Shown piece after piece: positions 25,201-37,200 of a DNA stretch of 64,000 nucleotides (position 1 is its first letter; each line of letters starts with the position of its first letter). A program made the translations under genes and the position numbers. Origin of the DNA: Salpingoeca rosetta (lineage: Eukaryota > Protista > Choanoflagellata); the NCBI GenBank assembly GCA_033442325.1, contig JAWQFM010000017.1, positions 74,432 through 138,431 of the forward strand. The letters are read 5' to 3'. The notes beneath the pieces are model-generated. The model did not search any database. It saw only the letters and a list, made by a program, of their open reading frames with translations, and was not told the DNA's origin.

Positions 25201-28200
25201 AACGACGTTCCCAGCGACACCAGCGTGACCAACGCCGTGCTGGTTGCCGCTGGACCCGCGTCGCGCCTGCGCTTTGTGCCCAACGCCAACTACCACGGCA
25301 GCGCGGCCCTCTCCTACTACGCCTGGGACCAGACGCAGGGCAGCGAAGGAGACCTGGTTGACGCATCCGTTCGTCCGCAGACCGGCGCCCTCTCCGACGC
25401 GCCGAGCCACGTGGCCATCACCATCCTCAGTGTCAACGACCGCCCTGTGCTCGACGCAGCGCGTGTTGCCAACTTTCCCACCGTCCTGGAGGACGTCCCG
25501 CCCAGCAACAACTCTGGCCTGTCCATCCCGGAGCTGCTCAACGGCTCGGTGTTCGACCCAGACCTGCTGCTGCACAATGGCGTGCGCCTTCCCGATACCA
25601 GCGTGGACGGCATTGCGGTGACGGGCGCAGACAGCGCCAACGGCGTGTGGGAGTGGTCGTCTGACGGCGGCGCGTCCTGGACCGCCGTCGACACGGACGT
25701 GGCCCCCGCACAGGCGCTGCTGCTGCTCTCGGAGCCACGGTTCCGCCTGCGCTTCCTCCCTGCCGCGCACTTCCACGGCACCGTGCCGCTCACCTTTGTT
25801 GCGTGGGACGGCACCCGCGGTACGTGGGGCCAGACGGCCAGCACGCTCTCATCGGACGCAGACGAGCCCTTCAGCCTCGCCTCCGCCACCGCCCACCAGG
25901 AGGTGGCGTCGGTCAACGACCAGCCGGTCCTGCAAGCCGGAACACAGACGGAGGCCATCTTCGAGGACATCCCCGATGCGGAGAACGCTGGGCTGTCGAC
26001 CGCTTACCTTCTCCAGCAAGGGTCTGCGGCCGACAACGATTCGGATGCCACGCTGGGTGTTGCACTTGTCCGCCTAGAGTCGCTGAACGGCGAGTGGCAG
26101 TTCACCCTGGACAGCAATGCAACGTCCGTGACGTGGACGCCCGTGTCGGCCAACACGTCCGACGCGCGTGCAGTTGTGCTCACATCCGCCGACACGGTGC
26201 GGGTGCGCTTCGTGCCCAACCCCAACTACTACGGCAGTGCTGAACTCGAATTCCGCGCCTGGGACCAGACAGATGGCGCGGCGAGCGGCTCCGTGACTGG
26301 TGTCAGCCTCGTCAAGACAGTCGCGCTCAAACCGGCCTTCAGCGATGACACGCGTACCCTGCACCTCAACGTGACGCAGGTCAATGACTCACCCGTTGTC
26401 AGCACGAGCCTGGTCACGCTGCCGACCATCGACGAAGACACGCCGCCCGCAAACATCACGGGCGCCACGTTTGAGTCTCTGCTGGACGCGGACGTGAGTG
26501 ACGTTGACGACTACTCGGACTACGGCGTTGCCGTGATTGCGCTCGACCGCCGCAATGGCGAGTGGCAGTTCCGCAACGGCTCGCACACCGCTTGGGTCAC
26601 CTTCCCTGGTGGCATCGCAGAGACCTCTGCAATGCTCCTGAGCAAGACCAGCACCGTGCGCTTTGTGCCATTCAAGGACTTCTACGGCATCGCTGACCTT
26701 CAGCTGCGCGTGTGGGATATGACCCAGTACACGCTTGGCCAGCAACACGTGGACGCACAAAACACCAGCCCATTTGACAGCTTCAGCGCACAGGTTGTGG
26801 ACGTGCGAGCACCGGTTGAGTCTGTGAACGACGTTCCCGTGGTGCTGCTGGAGGGCCCCGCGGCAGCCGCTGCGCGCAACGGCGACGGCAACGCCACAGC
26901 CACGTTTGTGGAGCAGGGCGGCGCCGTTTCCATTGTCAACAGCACGGGCCTGTCGCTGTGGGACGTGGACAACTTCCAGCTGCAGTACGTGGACATTGAC
27001 GTGACCAACCCGCACGACGGCGACGCAGACGTGCTGCTGATCCAGGCTGAGACGGAGATTGAGGGCCTGGTGGTGGAGCGCATTGACGCGTGGCACGTGC
27101 GGCTGAGCGTGGGTGCGTTGACTTTGACGTTGCTGTGATCAACGACCGGCGGCCCGTTGTGTATGTCGGGGATGCCGGGAACGGCGTTGTGAACGCGAGC
27201 GTGGTGTTTACGGAGGAGGGCCCAGCGGTGTCTGCTGTTGGCGCAGATGCCGGGATCACGGACGCGGACAGCGGGGATCTTCCGCTTGCTGCTGTGCGTG
27301 TTGTGCTTGTTGACGGACGGGATGGTGTGCTCGAGGAGCTGTCTGCGACGGACGGCGGGAGCAGCAACATCAGCGTGGAGTACAACAGCACGGCGGACCC
27401 GTATGTGCTTGTGCTGCGCGGGCCTGCGCTGCGCACCGAGTTTGTGGCGGCGCTGTCGACGCTGACGTACCGGAACGTTGCGGATGAGCCGAGCGGGGCT
27501 GATGTGGTTGCTGACGGAGACGACGGCAGCGCGCGGCGGACGCTGATGGTGACGGTTGACGACGGCCTGTTTGTGAGCGAGCCCGCCTACACCCACATTG
27601 AGATTGCCATGGTCAACGACAAGCCCGTTTTCGACGGCGACGCATACAGCGGTGCCCCTGTGGTCGTGGAGTTCGTGGAGGGCGAGGGCCCGTTGCTGCT
27701 CTTTGCGAACGGCACACTGGCTGACGCCGACGACACCATCCTGCAATCTGCCGTGGTGTCGCTCAACGCTCGCCCCGATGGCGATCAGGAGTTTCTGCTG
27801 GTCAACCTAACGGGCACGGCGCTGACACGCGTGGATGTGTCTGACACGGTGCTGCGCCTGCAGGGACCCGATACCGTGGCCAACTTTGAGCGCGCCTTGC
27901 GCTCCCTCGCGTACAACAACACGATTGCGCGCCCAGGGAAGCCCACAGCCATCACCCGCATCGTCACCGTGACAGTGGACGACGGCCGGCGCAACAGCTC
28001 TGCTGTAACCGCCACTGTGACGTTTGCCGCCGTCAACGACGCACCCATCCTCGCCCTGAGCCCAACGTCCTTTGACTTTGAGGCGACGTTCGTGGAGGAA
28101 CTGGGGCCTGTCCTGGTCGTGTCGCCGGCGCTCTCCCTGGTGGATGTGGACAACACGTCCCTCAGCTGGGCCAGTGTCACGCTCAGCCCCGTCCGCAACG

Positions 28201-31200
28201 GCCGCAACGAGTCGCTCTGGGTCAACGCGTCTGACACCGGCCTCACCTGGTCCTATGATCACGGTTCTGGGGAACTGCGCATTGTCGGGCCGGCGCCCGT
28301 TGAGTCCTTTGAGCAGGTTCTGCGGACCACGCGCTACAACAACGAGCTGGACGAGCCAGATGCCACCGAGCGCACCGTGACGTTTGTGATGAGCGACGGC
28401 CTGGCCGACAGCATTGCGCGGCAGACGCGCCTGAACATCTCGCTCACCAATGACCGCCCGTTTGCGGACTTTGAGTGGGAGACATCGCGCCAGCGCGCCG
28501 ACTACAATGCATTTACGCACCTGCCGACCACGCCGGCGCTTCGCACGTTTGTGGAGGGCACGGCACCGGTGCCAGTGGCCGACAACCTCCGCGTTGGTGA
28601 TGACGACAACACACGCCTGATCCAGGCCACGGTGAACATTGCTAATGTCTTGGACGCGGGCCTGGAGGTGCTGTACTACTATGAGACAGACAGCCGCATT
28701 GTCAGCTTTGCCTCCAACGGCACTCACACGCTGACGCTGAGTGGGCTTGCGCCCGTGGCCGCGTGGAACCGTGTCCTCTCCTCTGTCGCCTACGCCAACC
28801 TGGACACGAACCCAGACACGTCCGCGCCACGTCGCATCGACATCACCGTCAGCGACGGCGAGCTGACAAACGTGGCTACGGAGCCCGCACTCGTCACCGT
28901 GGTTGCACGCAACAACGTGCCGCACGTTGTTCCCAGTGCTGTTGGCAGCACGCACCTGACCACCATTTTGGAGGACGAGACGGAGAACGACGGCACCCGC
29001 GTATCGAGTGTTGCCGTGGACAGCGTGCAGTTTACGGATGCCGACGAGACCACCGCGTTTGGTGTCGCCATTGTCAACGCCAGCGATACCCTCGGCACCT
29101 GGCAGGTGGCGCTGGCCAGCGAGAGCGCTGTTGCTGGCAACGGCACCGTGATGTACACCTGGGTGGACGTCGATGCGTCGTCGCTTGCCCCGTCCTCTGC
29201 AGCCATCCTGCTTGGGCCCAACGACCGCGTGCGCCTCGTTCCCAACACGCACGCCAACGGCGTCACAGGCCTGGATGTGCGCGGATGGGATCTCACGGGC
29301 GGCGTCAACGCGTCCACTTCTCCCCAGGACATTTCTGTGCTGCTTGCCGACACGGAGCGCGGGCCCTTCACGGCCGACGTGCTGCCCGTGCAGCTGACGG
29401 TGACGGCGGTGAACGACGCGCCGTGGTTTGTGACCATGACGAACGTGACCACGCCAGAGGACGTTGCCCTGACGCTGCCGCAGGTGGTGCTGAATGACGT
29501 GGATGCTGCCGAGGCACCTTCCTCGCCCTACACGGTGACGGCGGCTGCGTCTGTTGGCGGCCTGCGCGTGAACGATTCGGACGCGTTCCAGCCCCAACTC
29601 ACCTTCTCGCGGCCGCTGGCCGAGGCAAACGCCCTCCTGGCGAACCTTGCTTTCCTTGGGCCCGCCAACTACCATGGCATGGCCACCATCACCATCACCG
29701 CCAGTGACAACGGCATCGCGGGCGTTGGCCAGCCGCTCGAGGCTGCCACCACCGTGCACGTGCGCGTGCTGCCTGTGAACGACCAGCCCGTGTTTGAGCA
29801 CGCGCTTGCGTCGCCCTTCGAGGTGTTTGAGAACGACGTCGCCGACGGCACGGGCTCCCGCATCTCGGACAACGCTGTCGTGATTGGCGTTGGCGCCAAC
29901 GTGACGGGCGAGGGCGTCTTCTCCGATGTGGACGAACCCACCGCTTCGGCGCTCGGCCTGGCGCTCACGGCTGTCGATGCCACGCACGGCAACTGGTCTT
30001 ACCGCACCGCAGACATGCCTGCCGGTGTGTGGACGCGCATCACGGCTGCGGATGCCATCGGGGAGGAGAACGCGCTTGGCCTGCCGCCATCCGCCTTGCT
30101 CCGCTTCGTGCCCACGGCCTTCTACTATGGCCCGGCCACGTTCACCGCCCGAGGGTGGGACCAGGGCGAGCGCTCAGCCGCCGCGCGTGCCAGCGGCACT
30201 GCGGTCACGAGCCTCAACGCGACCACGTCCCTTGTGCGTGCTGACGCACCCTTCAGCCAGCAGCCGCTGGTGGCCACGGTGCAGGTCTTGCCCGTGAACA
30301 ACGGGCCCGAGGCGTTTGCGCCGGCCGCCCTCACCATGTGGGAGGACATGGGGCCCTTCAACGTCACGGCCGTGTCCGTGTTTGACCGCGACGCCGATGT
30401 TGCTGGCGGCGTGACGACGACCGTGCGCGTGAGCACCGGAACGCTGGCCACAACGGCAACTGCTGGTTGGAGCTCCCAGCTGGTTCTGGCCGGGTATGTG
30501 GCGGACGTCAACGCCGCACTCGCCACCTTGCAGTTTGACCCGCCCCAGGACTTTGTGGGCGATGCCATTGTGACCCTGAACGTGACGGACCACGGGCGTT
30601 TCGGCGCCGGTGCTGGCCCCAAGACAGCTGTGGCGCAAACTACCATCACCGTGCAGCCGCTCAACGACAGGCCCGTGTTCGCCACCACCGACCCCGTGCC
30701 ACCGCCGCAAGCGCTGCGCTCCATCCTTGAGGACGTGCCCGTCGCTGACAACGACGGCACGCCCGTGCAGGACCTGCTGGCGCTGGCATCGGACGTGGAT
30801 GCCGGCACCGTGCTTGGCGTGGCCATCGTGGAGGTGCACAACGCGTCCTTGGGCGTGTGGCAGTACCGCGCAAATGCGTCCGCTGCTCCCGGCTCCCCCG
30901 ACGCGCAGTGGCGCAACATGTCTGCCATGGCGACCCGCGACGACGCCGCCCTGCTGCTGGGTAGCGAGGCGTGGGTGCGCTTCCTTCCGTTCCTCAACGT
31001 GTTTGGCACCGTGCAGCTGCGCTTCAAGCTGTGGGACCAGACGGACGGCGGCGTGAGCGGCCAGGACAACGCGGACACCACGGGGCCCGCACCCACCAGC
31101 GCTTACAGCCTGCAGACGGCGACGGCGCTGCTCGACGTGCTGCCCGTGAACGACGTCCCCGTCGTCTCCAGTACGCACCCCACCAACGTGTTCACCTTTG

Positions 31201-34200
31201 TCGAGGACGGCGCGCCCGTGCGCGTGGCGCAGGCCGTCTCCGTGGTGGACGTCGATGACACCACGCTCACGGAGATGCGCTGCGTCGTGTCCGGCATCCG
31301 GGACGAGGGCAGCGAGGCATTGCTGCTGGACAGCCCCGCGCACGGCCCACACGCCCTCAGCATCACCCGCACCGCCACCACGTTTGAGCTGCGCCTGAAG
31401 CCGTTCAACAACGGCGAGCGCACGCTGGCGCAGGTGCGCGACTGGATTGCGGCTGTCCGCTACGTCAACACGGCCGACGAGCCAACACGCGGCCGCCGCA
31501 CTCTCACCTTCACCGTCCTGGACCACGTTGGCGAGAGCCTGCCGTTTGTCACGTCCGTCGTCATGTCCATGATCAACGACCACTTGCCCGCGCTCGCGGC
31601 TGAGGCCGACGGCGCCACCATCACGTTTGTGGAGGGCACAGCCGGCGACAGCGTGGCCCTGCTTGGCCCGGGCACCGTCAACGTGTCTGACGCGGACCAC
31701 GCGGACCAGTTCTACATCCAGCGCGCCGTGGCCACACTCACCCCTGCACCGGACGGTGATGCCGTGGAGCAGCTGAGCGTGGACGCGCAGAACCTCACTG
31801 CCACATATGCCAGCGCGGGTGGCGTGGGCGTGCTCGAGGTTGTGGGCGCTGGCGCGTTTGGCCTGTACGAGCAAGTGCTGTCCAGCCTGGCGTACGTGAA
31901 CAGCGCTGAAGAACCGACGCTTGGCGATCGCACAGTCTCGCTGGTGATCAACGACGGCTTGTTCAACAGCACGCCGCCCGTCACCCTCACCGTGAGCGTG
32001 GTTGGCATCAACGACCAGCCGCCCACCGTGCTCTTTGCTGGTAACACGCCCACAGGCACGGCAGCCTTTGTGGAGGAAGGCCCCGCTGCGCCAGTCATGC
32101 CCGCGGTGACGCTTGGGGACGCCGACTCGGGCGTGTCTGTGATTACCGCGGCTTGGTTGCGGCTGCCTCAGCACGTGGACGGTGCCGGCAGCGAAGCGCT
32201 GGCCCTGAACAGCGCGGCGCAGTCGCTGGCCAGCAGCGAGGGCGTTACCGTCTCCATTGGCGACGATGGCGCCGCTCTCAACCTGACTGGCACGGCCACA
32301 CCGGCCACGTACCAGGCCATCCTCCGCGGCGTGTTGTACGACAACACGGCGGTTGAGCCAAACCACCCGGACTGGCGCGAGGTGCAGGTTCGCGTGTCTG
32401 ACGGCGACCTCCTCAGCTCCCCAACGCACGTCAACGTGTCCATTGTGCGTGTCAACGACGTGCCCACGCTCGACCTGGGCGGCAGCGCCCTCCCCGGCGA
32501 CGGCTTTGTGCTGTCGTACACGGAGGGCGATGGCACCGTCCGCGCCGTTGCTGCCGACGCGGTGGTTGGCGACGTCGACAACACCGTGCTTGAGGCACTG
32601 GAGGCGCGCCTGTCCCCGTTCCCGGACGGCGCCGCGCTGGAGATGATCAACATGACCGTCAACACCCCGGCAACGCCCAACCTGTGGCTTGCTTCCGGCA
32701 CCAACGCGACGCGCGTGGTTGTGCGCGGCCCGGCACCGCTGGCAGAGTTTGTCACGGCGCTGCGGTCGCTCACATACACGCACGCGGGCGCCATGCCTGG
32801 CAACCCGGACACGCGGCCACGCGCGATTGAGGTGCGGGCGAGCGATGGCGATGGCTGGTCCGCGACGGCCACCTCGTCCATCGTCTTCACAGCCGTCAAC
32901 GACGCGCCGCGCATTGATCTCAACGGCAAGGCGCCCGGTATCGGCTACCAGACCACGTTTGTGGAGGAAGGCGATGCGGTGGCCATTGCCAGCACCAACG
33001 CGTCCTCGATTGTGGACGTGGACAACTCCACGCTGGCCTCGTTGACCGTCACCATCACCAACCCGCTCGACGGGCCTGCCCAGGAGGTGCTTCGGGTCGA
33101 CACCAACGCCTCCGCCGCCGCAGCCATCCCCACAGCGCAGATTGCGGTGGCGTACGACGTGGCCACCAGCACGCTCACGGCAAGCGGCGTTGCCCCTGTT
33201 GCCGGCTACGTGGCTGTCCTGCAGTCGCTTGCCTACCAGAACCTGGCGGATGAGCCCTCGCCGCAGCCGCGCATCCTGCACGTGGTGGCCAGCGACGCGC
33301 TGCGCGACTCCCTCCCTGCCGTGTCGCAGATCAACATCCAGCTCATCAACGACGCACCAGCGCTGCACCTTGGCGCCGCCAGCACCGACCCGCAGGCCCT
33401 CAACTTCTCCACCGTCTACGTGGAGAGCACGAGCCCCGGCGCCGCGCTTGCCGCCACAGCCAGCGACCTGTACCTGAACGACGACGACAACGCACAGCTG
33501 TCGCGCGCCACCGTTGAGCTGCTCAATGCGGCAGATGGCGCAGACGAGGGCCTGTACCCGCCCGTGACCGGCTTGAACGGCGGCGTCGCCGTCGGAACCG
33601 GAACGCACATGCTCGAGCTGAGGCTGAACGCGTCGCTGGCAGACTGGCGCGCCGTCCTAGCCGCCACCACCTACAGGGACGCGTCCGAGAACCCGACAGT
33701 TGGCGACGACCGCGTGCTTCGCGTGCGCGTGTTTGATCCTGTTGGCGCCGGGTCTGCGCCCGCGTACGTGCACGTGCGCATTGCACCAGTGAATGACGCG
33801 CCCATGTTCTCGTACACGGCCTCCTTTGGTGCCGCCGCACCGACCCTCAACTACACAGAGGACGCCTCGCCACTGCCGCTTGCGCCGTCTGGCGTTGTCC
33901 GCGACTACGACAACACGCACCTTGCGCGCGCCACGTTCGTCCTGGAAAACCTGCAGGACGTTGGCCTGGCGCAGCAGACGGAGGTGCTCTCCGTTGACCG
34001 CGCCCTTGCGCAGGCCAACGGCATCTTCGTGGACTACGACCGTTCCGGAACGCTGCGGCTCGTTGGTGACGCGCCCGTGGCCGCATACCAGGCGCTGCTG
34101 CGCACGCTCACCTTTGTGCACTACAGCCAGAACCCCACGGCAAGCCCGCAGCGGCGCATCTCGGGCTACTTCTCCGACGGCATCGACAACGGGCTCATGC

Positions 34201-37200
34201 AGCTCGTGTTCGTCAACGTCATTCCCGTGAACGACGCGCCCGTCGTGAGCGCTTCGGGCAGTGGCGTCTTCATCCAGCACGGCGAGCCCGTGCGCGTGTT
34301 TGATGCGGTTGCCCTCACTGACGAGGAGAACAACCACCTGCAGAACGCGAGCGTGTGGATTGCCGATGCGCAGGACGACGCGCTGGAGAACCTCACACTC
34401 ACCTACACCCCGCCGCCCATTGAGAACAGCGCCGCTGGCCGCAAGCTCGGCCTTGCCACCACCACCGCCATCGACACGCCGTGCGCGGACGAGCCAGGCT
34501 TTCTGTGCGCCGAGGACACCATGTCCCTCGCGGCGTCCGCCAGCGCGCCCAACACGGGCGCGGTCTCTGCCGTGTTTGTGTCCATGCAGCTGCAGCACGA
34601 CATGCTGGGCGATGTTCGCGCATACCTCGAGCACGACGGCGTGCGCGTGCTGTTGTTTGACCGCCTCAGCGCCTCCACCAGCACCGCAGCAGGTGCGGGC
34701 GACTGCCAGGCCACCACTGCCCTGTTCCACTTTGCAGACGGCGCGGGCACGCGTGCCAACCAGGCCTGTGCCCGTGACACGGGTGCTGGGGAGCCGCTCG
34801 CGTCCTCCATCGAAGGCAGCTTTGCGCCCGCATCGTCGCTGGCCGCCTTTGTTGGCCACGCTGCCGACGGTGACTGGACGCTGCAGGTTGTCGACACGTA
34901 CCTGCCCTACCGCTTTGGCCAGCTGCTCGATTGGTCTCTCGTCGTCACCGTGGGCACGCGCAACATCACGCTGTCGCCCGAGCTCGTTGCCGCCTCGGGC
35001 CCACCAGCGGTTGCCCTGCCCACGACTCCGTACACGTCGCTCTCCGACGTGCCGCACTCCGGGGTGGTCACGGACGTGGACGTGGCCGTGTTCCTCAGCC
35101 TTCACGACAGCGCCACGGAGGTGCGCCTTCGCCTGGCCCACCCCGACGGCACAGCCGTGCAGCTGCTGACCAAGATTGGCGGCGGGTGCGCCTTCCAGGG
35201 CACCGGCGCCGTTGTCCTTGACGGCAGCGCCGCGTCCCCCATCACCTTCAACCAGCTGTGTGTGGACCTGAGCAGCGGCCGCTACTTTGCCAGCGAGCCG
35301 CTGTCCACCTTCCACGACAAGCTCGCCGCGGGCGAGTGGTCCCTCACCGTGGACCAGGTCGATGTCGGCTACGTTGCCCTGCACGGCTGGGCGCTCTCCC
35401 TCACCACGCGTCCGAACGTCGGCGTGTCGTACTCGGCGTCCCAGCACGCACTGTCGCTTGTGGGCGAGGACACGCTCGAGGTGTACAGCGTGCTGCTGCG
35501 CTCCATCACCTACCGCAACGACCGCTACCGCCCCACCGGCACCAGCCGCGACGTGCGCGTGCGTGTTGCCGATGCCGACCCATCCAACGTGGCAGGCGTC
35601 ACCGTCCTCGTGCACCGCGCCGCTGTGGTGTCGCTCGGCGCAACGCCAGCCATGCTCAACAACACGGCCGCCACATTTGTGGAGAAGGGCCCTGCCATCA
35701 CCATTGCCCCAGCGGCTTCCATTGAGTACGACGACGTGTTCGTGCTGTCTGGCGCCACCGTGCGCATCACCAACGTGCTTGACAACGGGTTTGAGAGCTT
35801 GGCCGCGAACGTCTCCCACCCGCTCCTCACCGTCTCAGCGGCCACACAAGACAGCACCGAGCTGGAAGTGAGCGGCGAGGCGCCCGTGGCCGTGTACGAG
35901 GACTTGCTGCGGAACATCCTGTACACCAACCTGGATCGCGACCCAGACAACACGACGCGCCTGGTGGCCGTCACCGTCCGCGATACGGCCAACCTCTTCA
36001 GCGACGTGCACTTCTCCCACATCACCATTGGGCCTGTCAACGACCCACCAGAGCTTGTTGTCGGCGCTGGCGATCCATATACGCTGGCGACGAGCGAGCA
36101 CGTGGAGCACGGCGGCCCAACGCAGGTCCTTCCCGTCGGCGCAACCTTGTTCGACGCAGATTCGCCAACGCTCAGCTCGGCCACCGTCAAGCTCCTGAAC
36201 AGCCTGGACGTGTCAATGGACACGCTGCAGCTGAATGACCCGGCCTTTGTCTCGGATGTGTCCACGACCGTCGTGCTGTGCGCGTCCATCCCGTCTTTCG
36301 TGCCGTGCCCGCACAGCCTGCCCCAGACGGTGCTCACGCTCACCCCGGCCCCGCAAACAACAGCGACCGTGGCGCAGATGCTGCAGGCCCTCTCGTCCGT
36401 CACGTACAACAACACGGCGGACGAGCCAGACCCGGGCCCGCGCTACTTTGAGCTCTCCGTCTCTGACGGCGAAGACACGAGCATCCTGCAGTACGTGCGC
36501 ATGGACATTGTCCTCGTCAACGAGAACCCGCCCAGCCTCTCGCTGGACCCATGCGAGTGCACTGGGCAGACATTGGCCGGCGCACCAGAGGGATACGGCT
36601 CGTTTTGCTTCAACCACGCAAACCCGTTCCCGGACGAGAACGGGCCCTTCTGCTTCGTGCGCCCGTCATGTCCAAAGGCGCAGGCGACAGTGCAAGGCCT
36701 CTTCTTCGCGTACTGCTCTGAGCTGCAGTACACCGAGGGGCAGGCGGCGCTTCGCCTGGCTGGAAACGGCTCCATCTCCGACAACGACGACCCTGCCCGC
36801 TTCCCGCTGTACAGTCTGCAGGCTGTCCTGGTCGACGCTGAGCCACAGGAGCGGCTCTTCCTTCTGGAGGACGTGGCCACACCTGCCGGCCTCAACGTCA
36901 CCTACAACGCAACTTCGGGCACCTTGCGCGTTGCTGGCGAGGCGCACCTCTCCACATACGTGGCCGTGCTGCAGCAGCTCGCGTACACCAACAACGCGGA
37001 GGAGCCTCTCGACCAGAACCGGCGCGTGCTGGTCACGGTCTACGATGGTGCATCAGACAGCAACACGGTTTCGCGAATCATTGAGGTCAACCTCATCAAC
37101 GACCAGACGCCCGTGGTTGATCTGAGCGGCGACGCTGCTGCGGGCATCGACTACGACAACGTCACCTTTGTGGAAGAGGGCGCGGACGTCAGCGTGGTGG

